Positions 1 to 9,717 of a stretch of 64,000 nucleotides of DNA are shown here, one piece after another. The notes beneath the pieces are model-generated. The model had not been told where the DNA came from, searched no databases, and saw only the letters and a list, made by a program, of their open reading frames with translations. The stretch lies in NCBI GenBank assembly GCA_963706595.1, contig OY970166.1, forward strand, positions 2,848,001 through 2,912,000, written 5' to 3'. Each line of letters starts with the position of its first letter. Positions within the stretch are counted from its first letter, which is position 1. A program made the position numbers and the translations under genes. Source of the DNA: an uncultured cyanobacterium (GTDB lineage: Bacteria > Cyanobacteriota > Cyanobacteriia > Cyanobacteriales > Nostocaceae).

Positions 1-1021
1 CGACGACTAGAGCGATTCCAAACAATCCCAAAATACTAGATGGTTCAGGAATTTTCTCTGGTGTTGGTGGTTCTGGTGGTGGCGGCGGTGGTGGCGGTGG
101 TGGTGGTGGTGGCGGTGGTGGCGGCGGTGGCGGCGGCGGTGGCGGCGGTGGCGGTGGTGGTGGCGGCGGTGGTGGCGGTGGCGGTGGTGCAGAAAAACCT
201 AGTAAGGCAACTGCATCGTTAAAACACTCAAGCGCCAGCGTTGCTATATAGTTACCAACAGGAAGTAACGACTTAGGTAACTTGAAACCAAAAGTTTGAG
301 AACCAAAACTAGGAAGTAGCCCTTTATGAAATCCAGCAGACGATAGCTCTGATTCATTAAGTAGTGTGATGTCTCCAACCTTTGTACCCGATTGAATAAC
401 ATTTGGGAATAAAGTTTCAGGTCTTGCCCGTGAGCCTGGGCTAGTATAAGGAGCATAGTAAGGATTGTTCCAAGCTAAATCTCCCATACTGGCATCTTTA
501 CCTGTGATTGCGCGAACCCCATTAATGTTATGATTGTATAAATTAGACCAGCCATCATTTTCTGCAACTACACTAGTAGCCTTAACATTTCTATACAATC
601 CTGTGCTTGATATCCTTGAATCGTTATTAGGAGCAAAGCGAATTCCAAATAAATTACTGGAATCACTAGCACTTTTAAAATTACCTAATCCCGAAAAATC
701 TAAAAACAAATCTCCCCAGCCTATGTTACCATTAGCAGCAGTAACACCACTAGAATTTCCAGTTAATGGTAGATTAGCATTAATAGCAAACCAGATACTA
801 TCGCTGGCTATATCTTCTTTAACTCCTAGTCCGTAAATTTCATATATGGTATTACCCGCAATATACCCACCACGTCCATTGCCGCTAAGACTATCGTAGT
901 TGGGATCTATGCTAATATTCCAGCCATTGATTAATGCTCCAGCGTAAACTGATTTTTCTAAAATACAAAAAAATGTCAATGAACTTATGGTTATAGCAGT
1001 TGCTATCCTGAGACTGTTCAT
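1..1021 (-). CDS. PEP-CTERM (exosortase-sorted) surface protein, 3' end runs off the window edge
   Basis: Hand translation of both ends in the same frame. ATG at 1021-1019 gives MNSLRIATAITISSLTFFCILEKSVYAGALINGWNISIDPNYDS (signal peptide). The C-terminal part reads (P)38-EPPTPEKIPEPSSILGLFGIALVV, i.e. PEP motif plus TM helix. Absent from the ORF track, presumably because the stop lies outside the window. Confidence 0.88.
   Translation of the reverse strand, partial: MNSLRIATAITISSLTFFCILEKSVYAGALINGWNISIDPNYDSLSGNGRGGYIAGNTIYEIYGLGVKEDIASDSIWFAINANLPLTGNSSGVTAANGNIGWGDLFLDFSGLGNFKSASDSSNLFGIRFAPNNDSRISSTGLYRNVKATSVVAENDGWSNLYNHNINGVRAITGKDASMGDLAWNNPYYAPYTSPGSRARPETLFPNVIQSGTKVGDITLLNESELSSAGFHKGLLPSFGSQTFGFKLPKSLLPVGNYIATLALECFNDAVALLGFSAPPPPPPPPPPPPPPPPPPPPPPPPPPPPPPPPPPPPPPEPPTPEKIPEPSSILGLFGIALVV
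74..187 (-). repeat. CCA/CCG codon run encoding 38 consecutive prolines
   Basis: 38 uninterrupted TGG/CGG triplets on the + strand, in the PEP-CTERM frame. Confidence 0.95.
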
Positions 1022-1164
1022 GATTTTTTACCTTTGTTGAGCCTTCTTTACATCTCTATGAGCTAGTTTCAACCTATCTTTCTACGTCTGATCAAGAAGT
1101 AAAAAAGAAATTCTGTGTGATCGAGAATGGGCTTTTGTTGGAAGACATTAAGTTATGACAGATG

Positions 1165-1180
1165 ACAGTGATATCACTGT
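1165..1180. promoter_or_regulatory. 16-bp perfect palindrome, candidate operator in the divergent promoter region
   Basis: ACAGTGATATCACTGT, followed by a partial repeat (ATAGTGATAT), between the divergent PEP-CTERM and NB-ARC genes. Confidence 0.45.
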
Positions 1181-1253
1181 AATAATAGTGATATTGGTAG
1201 TCAAGGATCAGTAAATAAATCAAACATCTGATACTTGACAAAATCACTAAATT

Positions 1254-2630
1254 ATGGTTTTAAATATGCCACTTCGAGCATCTGAAGATGGAAAAGAGAA
1301 AATCAAACAGAAGAAAAAAAATTATAACGATGCTTATTGGTTAAACGCAGCAGCTAAACTCATTACACCTGACTGGCCGCAGGATTTGTTAAATCAAGAA
1401 ATTTATCCGCAAGGAATTTCTTTAGGTACATGGAAACGATATCAAGCCGGCAAACAGCCAATTAATGATGAAGCGTTCCAGGTTTATTGTGAAATTCTAG
1501 GACTTGATTGGCAGGATATTTTTGATTATGGTTGGATTGGACGTAACGATGTAGTTACAAAATTAATTAGTCAGTTACAAAATCAGCATAGATTAATTTT
1601 ATTAACTGGAATTACTGGTATTGGCAAGAGTGCTTTAGCTGAAAAATTGGCTTTAGAATTACAAGAACAATATTCGGAATTACAAAAATATTGTTTAGAA
1701 GATAGTCAGCAAGAACCTAATTTTTCTAGTATTGTTACCCAAATTATTGCAGCAGTAAAAGGTATTCATTTACCGAAAGAAATAAATAATCCAGAAAATT
1801 TAGTTCAATGGCTAGTTAATTATATTTGTACTCATGAATGTTTATTAATTATTGACTCTTTAGAATGCACCCTTGTAGGTGATGAAAAAACGGGATGGAG
1901 TAATTTTAAAGATGTATGGTGGGAGAAATTTTTTCTTGCTTTATGCGCGGCTGAATCATGTCAGGGAAGAATCATCCTGACTTCTCAAGAAATGCCTATA
2001 CAACTAGAAGATATTCTGATAAATAATAACAACATTTTTTATCATGAATATTTACGTGGTTTTACTACTTCAGAAATACTCAAGTTTTTTATAAAAGCCG
2101 GATTGAAGTTTGAAAACAATACAGAAATAAGCAGTTATCTCAATCGTATAGGAGCAGCTTATGAAGGACACCCATTAGCATTAAAAACAATTGCCGGGGA
2201 AATATTAAGTTTTCCTTATCATGGAAATATTGCTACCTATTGGCAAGACTACAGAACTGAAATAGAAGAAATCGAACAAGCTTATATAGACTTAAATTTA
2301 GAATCAGTAAATGATAAATTTAAATTAGATTGCTATAGTAAAAAGCTTAGAGCAATTGTTAAATATAAAATTGAAAGAACATTTAGACGTTTAGCACAAG
2401 ATGTTCCTAATGCTTATAAACTGCTTTGTTATAGTTCTGTATATCGCCGTCCAGTACCGGAAAGATATTGGTTAAAATATTTGGTTAAATCTGGATTTAC
2501 TAGGGAACAGCAAGAAATAGCTCTCGATGCTCTCACCGATAGATTTTTAGTTGAAACAGATAATAGTTATTTAAGACAACATAATCTCATTCGTAGCACA
2601 GCATTAGAACATTTAAGAAATATTATATAA
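1254..2630 (+). CDS. STAND/NB-ARC P-loop ATPase with N-terminal HTH-like domain
   Basis: Walker A GITGIGKS, Walker B LLIIDSLE, IILTSQ, GHPLAL (GxP), WHD-like RQHNLIR. The N-terminal ISLGTWKRY...YCEILGLDW segment is typical of cyanobacterial XRE-like HTH domains. Confidence 0.8.
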   Translation: MVLNMPLRASEDGKEKIKQKKKNYNDAYWLNAAAKLITPDWPQDLLNQEIYPQGISLGTWKRYQAGKQPINDEAFQVYCEILGLDWQDIFDYGWIGRNDVVTKLISQLQNQHRLILLTGITGIGKSALAEKLALELQEQYSELQKYCLEDSQQEPNFSSIVTQIIAAVKGIHLPKEINNPENLVQWLVNYICTHECLLIIDSLECTLVGDEKTGWSNFKDVWWEKFFLALCAAESCQGRIILTSQEMPIQLEDILINNNNIFYHEYLRGFTTSEILKFFIKAGLKFENNTEISSYLNRIGAAYEGHPLALKTIAGEILSFPYHGNIATYWQDYRTEIEEIEQAYIDLNLESVNDKFKLDCYSKKLRAIVKYKIERTFRRLAQDVPNAYKLLCYSSVYRRPVPERYWLKYLVKSGFTREQQEIALDALTDRFLVETDNSYLRQHNLIRSTALEHLRNII

Positions 2631-2647
2631 ATTACTTTACTATTATT

Positions 2648-4117
2648 ATGGATTTTGATGCTATTCAACCAGATAATTTAACTAAAAACACACTCAAAGA
2701 TGTTAGCTTTACTATTGGTGCAAAATTGACTATTTGTAATTTAGAAATTGATTGCACTTTATCCCAAGTCTCTAATATGTCTGCGTGGGAATTTGCCCAT
2801 TGGATAGCTATTGAAAATTGGTTGAGTGATTATTCTCCTGATGTCAATGCGCCTAATTTGGATAAAATCCGTGGTTATTTAGAAGCTTTTCATCATCTTT
2901 GTGAACTTTCAGAATGGGAAAAAGCATTTAAAATTTTATTTCTTGATATTAGTTTTTTGGGTGCAAAGCAAGTCTTACATGAGCAATTATTTATCTGGGG
3001 ATATTATCAAGAGCAAATTATTTTTTTTCAAAGGCTATTAAACAGATTTAGCACTAAAACAGATTGTTTTTTACTAAATCGTTTAGGTAGAGCTTATGGT
3101 CATTTAGGACAGGTTGAGTCAGCAATTTCTTGTTATCAACAAGCATTAATTATTGCGATTAAAACTGGCAACTACGCAGAACAAGCTCAAGGGAACGGAG
3201 GATTGGGTAGGATTTATAACTTGCAATTAGAGGAAGACCAAAAAGCTATTTTTCACTATCAAAAACAATTAGAAATATCTCAATTAATTAATGATACCTC
3301 TCAAGAATTATGTGCTATACTTGGCATTGCAAATTCTCATTTTGGAATTTTAAATTATCATCAAGCCATTAAATTTAGTAAACCAGCTTTAGCACTTGCA
3401 CAGATATCTCACGATGTTGATATGGAAATAGAAATATCTGGTTTTATCGGTATTGTTTATTCTCAGATGGGATTTCCAAAAAAAGGTATTCCTTTAATTG
3501 AAAGACAACTTAGTCTAAGTTTAGACAATTGTAATCAATATCAACAATATCTAGCTTTATATAGATTAGCTATAGCTTATACAAATTTGCAAAAATATGA
3601 AATTGGTATTGAATATTTTCAACAAGCTTTAAAAATTATAGATATTTTAGGAGAACCAGTTGCCAAATCCAGAATTCTGGGTAACTTAGGCGTTGTTTAT
3701 GCTCAAACAGAAAAATATGTATTAGCTCTTGAGTATCTTTTAGCAGCTTTTAATATTGCTTGTACAATTGATAGTAAATTATCACAAATTTATTTAAGAA
3801 TAAATATGGCATTTTGTTATAGTTGCTTGAAACAAACAGGAGCATTTGAGCATCTTCAAATAGCTATGAACCTTGCAAAAAAGCTCAAATCACGGGAAGT
3901 GTTGAGTGTGGCTGTTGCCGGATTAGCTAATTACTATTGGCATCAAAGAAACCATATTTATGGACTCATGTTAATAATCAAAAGCTTTTGGATTTATCCT
4001 CCGTGGAAAAGTAGTAATGGCAAGATGGTTTTCAGGTCAGTCATTCGGGTAATTAGTGGCTCAATTATACAGATGATGCAACGATTTAGTATTTATTTTC
4101 GAGGTAATAGCAAGTAA
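2648..4117 (+). CDS. Tetratricopeptide repeat protein
   Basis: Repeated TPR-like units (LNRLGRAYGHLG..AISCYQQAL; LGNLGVVYAQ..ALEYLLAA); starts 17 bp after the NB-ARC gene. Confidence 0.85.
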   Translation: MDFDAIQPDNLTKNTLKDVSFTIGAKLTICNLEIDCTLSQVSNMSAWEFAHWIAIENWLSDYSPDVNAPNLDKIRGYLEAFHHLCELSEWEKAFKILFLDISFLGAKQVLHEQLFIWGYYQEQIIFFQRLLNRFSTKTDCFLLNRLGRAYGHLGQVESAISCYQQALIIAIKTGNYAEQAQGNGGLGRIYNLQLEEDQKAIFHYQKQLEISQLINDTSQELCAILGIANSHFGILNYHQAIKFSKPALALAQISHDVDMEIEISGFIGIVYSQMGFPKKGIPLIERQLSLSLDNCNQYQQYLALYRLAIAYTNLQKYEIGIEYFQQALKIIDILGEPVAKSRILGNLGVVYAQTEKYVLALEYLLAAFNIACTIDSKLSQIYLRINMAFCYSCLKQTGAFEHLQIAMNLAKKLKSREVLSVAVAGLANYYWHQRNHIYGLMLIIKSFWIYPPWKSSNGKMVFRSVIRVISGSIIQMMQRFSIYFRGNSK

Positions 4118-4159
4118 CAAGTAATTCGGTGTGAGAATTTCAAGTATTTTCTAGAAAAG

Positions 4160-6253
4160 TTAGCGGTCTAATTTTGAGTTTTGATGTAAAGGAAATAAAA
4201 TCAAAAATTTTGTCCCCTGATTGTGGGCAGAAATACACTGTAATTTCCCCTGATGCCTTTTAGTAATAACTTGATAGCTAATAGATAAACCTAAACCTGT
4301 ACCTTTTCCTATAGGCTTAGTAGTAAAAAAAGGATCAAATAATTTATTTTGAAAATGCTCAGGAATACCAATACCATTATCAGAAATACTAATATATACT
4401 TGATTATCCTTCGTCAGTTCAGTACGAATAAATATTTTTGGTTTTCTAGTAAAGTTCTTGCTGGTCATAGCTTCTTCCAAAGCATCAATTGCATTTACCA
4501 AAATATTCATAAATACCTGATTAAGTTGTCCCGCATAACAATCTACTAAAGGTAAATTGCCATATACTTTAATCACAGCAATTTCTGGACGTTCAGAGTT
4601 AGGTTTGAGACGATTTGCTAAAATCATCAGGGTACTATCAATACCCTCGTGGATATTTACAGCTTTGATTTCCGCCTCATCCAAACGGGAAAAGTTGCGT
4701 AAAGATAGGACAATTTCTTTGATTCTCGTAGCTCCCATTTCTATAGATGCTAGTAACTTAGGGAGGTCTACAACTAAAAAATCTAGTTCAATTTCTGCGG
4801 TTATTTGTTGAATTTCTGCAACTGGATGAGGATAATACTTTTGATAGATTCGGATGACTTTGAGTAAATCTTGAATGTATTCCTTAGCCGGAGCAAGATT
4901 ACCATAAATAAAGCTGACTGGGTTGTTAATTTCGTGTGCTACACCCGCAACTAATTGACCTAAACTGGACATTTTTTCGCTTTGTATTAGTTGAGTAGCT
5001 AGTTGTTGAGCTTTCTGTTCTAAGTTTGCTAAAGTCGCGGCTAATTTCTCGTTAGCAGTAGCTAATTCAATCTCTCTCAATTTGATAGTTTCAAAAGATT
5101 GTTCCAGATTTTCAGCCATATAGTTAAATGATTGTGCCAATTGACCAATTTCATCATTGGTAGTCACTTGTGCTTGTTGATAAAAATTTCCTTTCGCCAA
5201 TTCTTTGACAACGTTAGTCAGTTCTATAACTGGCTTAGAAATTGATTTGGCAACTATAATAGCTGCAAATATTACTAAAATAAGTGTAATGGTAATTAAA
5301 ATAATAATAATATTTCGCAATGTATTTAAAGAACCAAAAGCTTCTGCTGTATCCATTTTAACTAATAGACCACTATTTAAGGAAGGCAAATACCTCCAAG
5401 CGGCGATAGTTTTTTGACCTCGATAATCAAGGGTAATACCAAAGCCTCTCATCCCCTGAGATGCCTGATAAAGTGGGTGTAATTTCTGCTGGTTAACTTT
5501 AATAGTTCTGTTAAAGGCAGCATTGGGATCATGACGTGTTGGTGAGGTAAATACTATGGTTTTATCAATTTCTGAAACTACAATTGTTTCGCCAGTTTTA
5601 CCCAAACCAATATAATTATTAACGACTTTATTAAACTCTTGATTATTCAGTTTTAATACTAATACACCAATAATTATGTTATCCTTAAAGATGGGAGCGG
5701 CAATAAAAGCTACGGGTGCTTTAGTATCTATATGATAGCCAAAATTAGATATTTCAACTTGCATTAATGTTTTGGCTCGATCAAAAACTTTGGCAAGTTC
5801 ATAATCTTTGTAGCTTCCTGTATAAAAGTTTGAGCCAAATTCTTGACCACGTTTTACTGAAAAAATAGCATCCCCAGTCTGAGATATTAAAAAAATATCG
5901 GAATAACCAAATATTTCTAAATAATTACTGATAAAGGTTTGATACTGTGCATCTAATTCTTGATATTCTGGAGAATTAACACCAAATTTTTCAAACACCC
6001 GTTGGTATTTTTCTACAGCATCAATTATATTAGGAATTTGTGTAATAGCTGTGGCATTATTTTTACGTTCATTAATATAGTTCTCTAGCCATTTGGCTTT
6101 GTTATCTGCCAGAGCAATCAAATTATTTTTAGCTTCTTTTTTCTGAGAACTACTGGCAATATAATAATTTAAGCAAGTAATTTTTATCAAAGGCAATAAG
6201 GCGATTATTAAAAACCATAATATTAATTTGTTGACTATTTTGCTATTGTTCAA
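4160..6253 (-). CDS. Membrane sensor histidine kinase (Cache-like, HAMP, HisKA, HATPase)
   Basis: Two TM segments; HAMP DEIGQLAQSFNYM; H-box VAHEINNP; N-box NILVNAIDA; DNGIG; FFTTK..GKGTGLGL. Confidence 0.92.
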   Translation of the reverse strand: MNNSKIVNKLILWFLIIALLPLIKITCLNYYIASSSQKKEAKNNLIALADNKAKWLENYINERKNNATAITQIPNIIDAVEKYQRVFEKFGVNSPEYQELDAQYQTFISNYLEIFGYSDIFLISQTGDAIFSVKRGQEFGSNFYTGSYKDYELAKVFDRAKTLMQVEISNFGYHIDTKAPVAFIAAPIFKDNIIIGVLVLKLNNQEFNKVVNNYIGLGKTGETIVVSEIDKTIVFTSPTRHDPNAAFNRTIKVNQQKLHPLYQASQGMRGFGITLDYRGQKTIAAWRYLPSLNSGLLVKMDTAEAFGSLNTLRNIIIILITITLILVIFAAIIVAKSISKPVIELTNVVKELAKGNFYQQAQVTTNDEIGQLAQSFNYMAENLEQSFETIKLREIELATANEKLAATLANLEQKAQQLATQLIQSEKMSSLGQLVAGVAHEINNPVSFIYGNLAPAKEYIQDLLKVIRIYQKYYPHPVAEIQQITAEIELDFLVVDLPKLLASIEMGATRIKEIVLSLRNFSRLDEAEIKAVNIHEGIDSTLMILANRLKPNSERPEIAVIKVYGNLPLVDCYAGQLNQVFMNILVNAIDALEEAMTSKNFTRKPKIFIRTELTKDNQVYISISDNGIGIPEHFQNKLFDPFFTTKPIGKGTGLGLSISYQVITKRHQGKLQCISAHNQGTKFLILFPLHQNSKLDR

Positions 6254-6366
6254 ATCTCCACTCCAAATTTATATTTATATAGGGTGGTCAAGTCACTGCG
6301 TCTCAGTCAAATTTATCAATTCAAAAGCAGTCAATGGCTGAAAATAGTCTGAAAAATGTGGCATGA

Positions 6367-7641
6367 TTAACCAGGGTTTGCCCAATTATTGTTCCAGCCT
6401 TGATAAAGAGATTTGAGAAAAGTTTCCCATTCAGCTTTAGAACGGGAAAGGGGATAAGGTCGGGGGTGAGTTGGTTTATCTGAATTCCAAACAATTTCAA
6501 ACTGTCCATCGGCTTGGATTTTGCCAACTCGCACTGTTTTCCAGGTATGTTGGTTATCAGGGTCTATATATACAATACCTTCTGGTGCGAGAAAACTTTG
6601 GTCTTTGATGTGTTCTCGAATAGCATTGACATCATCTGTACCCGCATCCTGAATTGCTTGCGACCACAGGTAAACGCCAAAATATGCTGCTTCAATAGGG
6701 TCAGATGTGACTCTATCTTTACCATATCTTTGCCGAAACTTTTTGATAAATTCATGATTTCTGGGATTATCAATACTCTGAAAATAATTCCAGACGGCAT
6801 AGTTACCTACCATATCTTTAATAGAAAAATGACTTAGTTCTTCTTCGGCAATACTGAAGGAAATAGTGGGGATTTTATCGGCAGTAATTCCCGCATTTTT
6901 CAAAGCTTGGAAGAAGTAAATATTGCTATCGCCATTAATAGTGTTTAAAATAATATCTGGTTGGGTTTCTTTAATTTTTCTGACGGCTTGTGTAACATTA
7001 TTGCTACCCAAAAGTATATATTCTTCCCCAATAATTTCACCTTGTAACGCGGTTACTTGGTCTTTAATAATGGCGTTGGCTGTGCGGGGGAAGATATAAT
7101 CAGAACCTACCAAAAAAAATCTTTTCCCTAAATTATCAAAAGACCACTTGACTGCTGGAATAATTTGTTGATTAGGTGCAGCACCTGTATAGACTATGTT
7201 GGGTGACTGTTCTAGTCCTTCGTACTGCACTGGATAAATAAGTAAATGGTTATATTTATTAAATACAGGATTGACTGTTTTCCGGCTAGCCGAAGTCCAG
7301 CATCCAAAGACGGTAACGACTTTTTCTTGTACAATCAATTCTTCGGCTTTTTCAGCAAAGGTCTGCCAATTAGATGCGCCATCAACAACAATTGGCTGAA
7401 TTTTTCTGCCTAGAACACCACCTTGAGTATTAATTTCTTCAATAGCCAGTAATGTGGCATCAACAACCGATTTTTCACTAATTGCCATTGTGCCACTCAG
7501 GGAATGTAGAATTCCTACTTTAATCGGTTTCTTGGCAGCTTGAATTTGAGTGTAAATCAACAGAGATATGATGATTGTTAACCCAAAAACTAATAATAAA
7601 AGCAGCTGTTTTTTATTAATAGAATATTTCAATAGTGACAC
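6367..7641 (-). CDS. UrtA-like urea/short-chain amide ABC substrate-binding protein (no adjacent urtBCDE)
   Basis: IKVGILHSLSGTMAISE, VFGCWTSASRK, YPVQYEGLE, YTGAAPNQQ, GSDYIFPRTAN. Confidence 0.85.
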   Translation of the reverse strand: MSLLKYSINKKQLLLLLVFGLTIIISLLIYTQIQAAKKPIKVGILHSLSGTMAISEKSVVDATLLAIEEINTQGGVLGRKIQPIVVDGASNWQTFAEKAEELIVQEKVVTVFGCWTSASRKTVNPVFNKYNHLLIYPVQYEGLEQSPNIVYTGAAPNQQIIPAVKWSFDNLGKRFFLVGSDYIFPRTANAIIKDQVTALQGEIIGEEYILLGSNNVTQAVRKIKETQPDIILNTINGDSNIYFFQALKNAGITADKIPTISFSIAEEELSHFSIKDMVGNYAVWNYFQSIDNPRNHEFIKKFRQRYGKDRVTSDPIEAAYFGVYLWSQAIQDAGTDDVNAIREHIKDQSFLAPEGIVYIDPDNQHTWKTVRVGKIQADGQFEIVWNSDKPTHPRPYPLSRSKAEWETFLKSLYQGWNNNWANPG

Positions 7642-7683
7642 TGTTTTTGATGTGCTAATATATTATATTAGCAAACTACAGCA

Positions 7684-8601
7684 TTAGCTATGATCCCTAA
7701 CTTCACCAAACTTAATTAAAAGCGCGATCGCCACACTCACAGCTAAAATTAATGTCATACTCAAGGCTGAACCAAAGCCCCAATTTTGGGTAACTCCGAG
7801 AAATTGGTTATAAACTAACCGTGCTGCTGTCATACTAGAAGCCCCACCCAGTAATTCTGGGTTGATAAAATCTCCTAATGCTGTGATTAAAACAAGCATT
7901 GAACCAGCCGTAATTCCTGGCAAAATTTGGGGTAAGGTGACTTTCCAAAAAGTTTCCATGTCATTTGCACCTAAATCGGCGGCTGCTTCTAATAAGCGCT
8001 GATCTAGCTTTTCTAAAGAGGCATATAGAATTAACACCATATAGGGTAATAAACTATAGCTCATGCCAATTAATACGGCGGGAATCCGGTTAAGTAATTC
8101 TAAACTGGGCAAGCCTAAATTGTTGAGTAAGCTATTTAATAAGCCTGTGGGACGTAAAATAGTAATCCAAGCATAAGAACGCAGTAGCGAGGATGTCCAT
8201 AAAGGCAGGACAAAGCCTAAAAGCAGCAAATTTCGCCAGCGTTGCGGTGCGATTTGAGCAATCCAATAGGCGACAGGTAAGCCCAAGATCAGGCAAATTA
8301 TGGTGGTGGCGATCGCCAACCACAGAGAACGCCCAATCACTTGCAGATATAGGGGATCAAGTATCCGAATATAGTTATCCAGTCCACTGGGATTGACTAT
8401 ATCTCCTGGTCTAATGTTGGGTACTAAGCTTAACTGCAAAATTAACAGTGTTGGTAGCACCAGCAAAAGTAATAACCAAACACCAGATGGGGCAAGTAAT
8501 ACTAAGGGTTGTAGCCAGTTTAAATGCGGGGAATGTATTTTTTTTGTGTCGGTATCACCAGCTAATGAATATATTTGAGACGGGATATTTTTCTTGGGCA
8601 T
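7684..8601 (-). CDS. potB: Polyamine ABC transporter permease
   Basis: LPLWTSSLLRSYAW, EAA motif LLEAAADLGA; operon with potA and potD. Confidence 0.85.
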   Translation of the reverse strand: MPKKNIPSQIYSLAGDTDTKKIHSPHLNWLQPLVLLAPSGVWLLLLLVLPTLLILQLSLVPNIRPGDIVNPSGLDNYIRILDPLYLQVIGRSLWLAIATTIICLILGLPVAYWIAQIAPQRWRNLLLLGFVLPLWTSSLLRSYAWITILRPTGLLNSLLNNLGLPSLELLNRIPAVLIGMSYSLLPYMVLILYASLEKLDQRLLEAAADLGANDMETFWKVTLPQILPGITAGSMLVLITALGDFINPELLGGASSMTAARLVYNQFLGVTQNWGFGSALSMTLILAVSVAIALLIKFGEVRDHS

Positions 8602-8632
8602 AATAAGTTTAAAAAATCATATATTTACTTGC

Positions 8633-9715
8633 TTAATTAATAGTCAATTGAGTCCAATAACGCTCATAAGTATCTTCTAAATCTCCTAAAGGAGTAATCC
8701 GTTCGCACTTTTCTAACAGTGCAGGAGGGGGAAATAAAGTTTTATTATTCTTAATTTGATTTGGTAATTGTTCAAAACCTGCACTATTAGGAGTAGCAAT
8801 ATTCAGGCGTTCGCTAATCATAGCTGCTACTTCTGGCTGTAATAGAAAGTTAATCCAGGCATAGGCTGCATCGATATTGGGCGCTGTTTTAGGGATAACA
8901 ATTGCATCAGTCCATATTGAAGAACCACTACGAGGAATCACATATTTGAATTTGGGATTTTCTGCAATCACTTTAATAGCATCAACTGAATAACACATGG
9001 CTAAAGTTAAATCTCCTGCTAGCATTTGGTTTTGCCAAGCATCCGTGTTGAAGGCCGCGATCGCAGGTTTCAACTTTAACAATTTTTCATAAGCCTGTTT
9101 AATTTGGTTTTCGTCTTTTGAGTTATATGAATAACCCAACATTCGTAACACTGCACCCATCACCTCACGGACATCATTTAATAAGGTCATCCGCTTATTG
9201 AGTATTCCTTGATTTTGCCAAAGATAATCCCAATCTTCTGGTGCATCTTTGAGGATTTCGGAATTGTAAATTAAACCTGTTGTTCCCCAGCTAAAGGGGA
9301 TGCTATAGCGATTATTGAGGTCATAACTAGGATTTTGGAATTGGGGAAATAATTGATCAGCACCATTTAATCGCTGATTATTTAATTTGATTAATATACC
9401 TTGCTCCTGCATCTTCTGCACCATATAGTCAGATGGATAGATGAGGCTGTAAGCACCACCACCACCCGCTAACAGTTTAGCTAGCATCACCTCATTAGAA
9501 TCATAGACATCCACCAGCACTTTCACGCCTGTTTGCTCACGAAAAGCTACGAGTAATTCTTGATCAGCATATTGCGTCCAAGTGTAAATATACAATTGGT
9601 CACTGTATCCCACATTCGTTACTGACCTGATCTCACCTAGTTTCCAGCCACAACTAGCTAGAGACAAACTAGAAAGTGCTGTCAAGGCTTGTAAAAATTG
9701 CCGTCTATTAGCCAT
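8633..9715 (-). CDS. potD: Polyamine ABC transporter substrate-binding lipoprotein
   Basis: NRRQFL..LASC leader; YDSNEVMLAKL, PSDY, SWGTTG. Confidence 0.88.
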   Translation of the reverse strand: MANRRQFLQALTALSSLSLASCGWKLGEIRSVTNVGYSDQLYIYTWTQYADQELLVAFREQTGVKVLVDVYDSNEVMLAKLLAGGGGAYSLIYPSDYMVQKMQEQGILIKLNNQRLNGADQLFPQFQNPSYDLNNRYSIPFSWGTTGLIYNSEILKDAPEDWDYLWQNQGILNKRMTLLNDVREVMGAVLRMLGYSYNSKDENQIKQAYEKLLKLKPAIAAFNTDAWQNQMLAGDLTLAMCYSVDAIKVIAENPKFKYVIPRSGSSIWTDAIVIPKTAPNIDAAYAWINFLLQPEVAAMISERLNIATPNSAGFEQLPNQIKNNKTLFPPPALLEKCERITPLGDLEDTYERYWTQLTIN

Positions 9716-9717
9716 AA

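Noticed and set aside
40..222. 60-aa Val/Ala-rich ORF on the + strand
   Set aside because: Shadow of the polyproline tract of the - strand PEP-CTERM gene.
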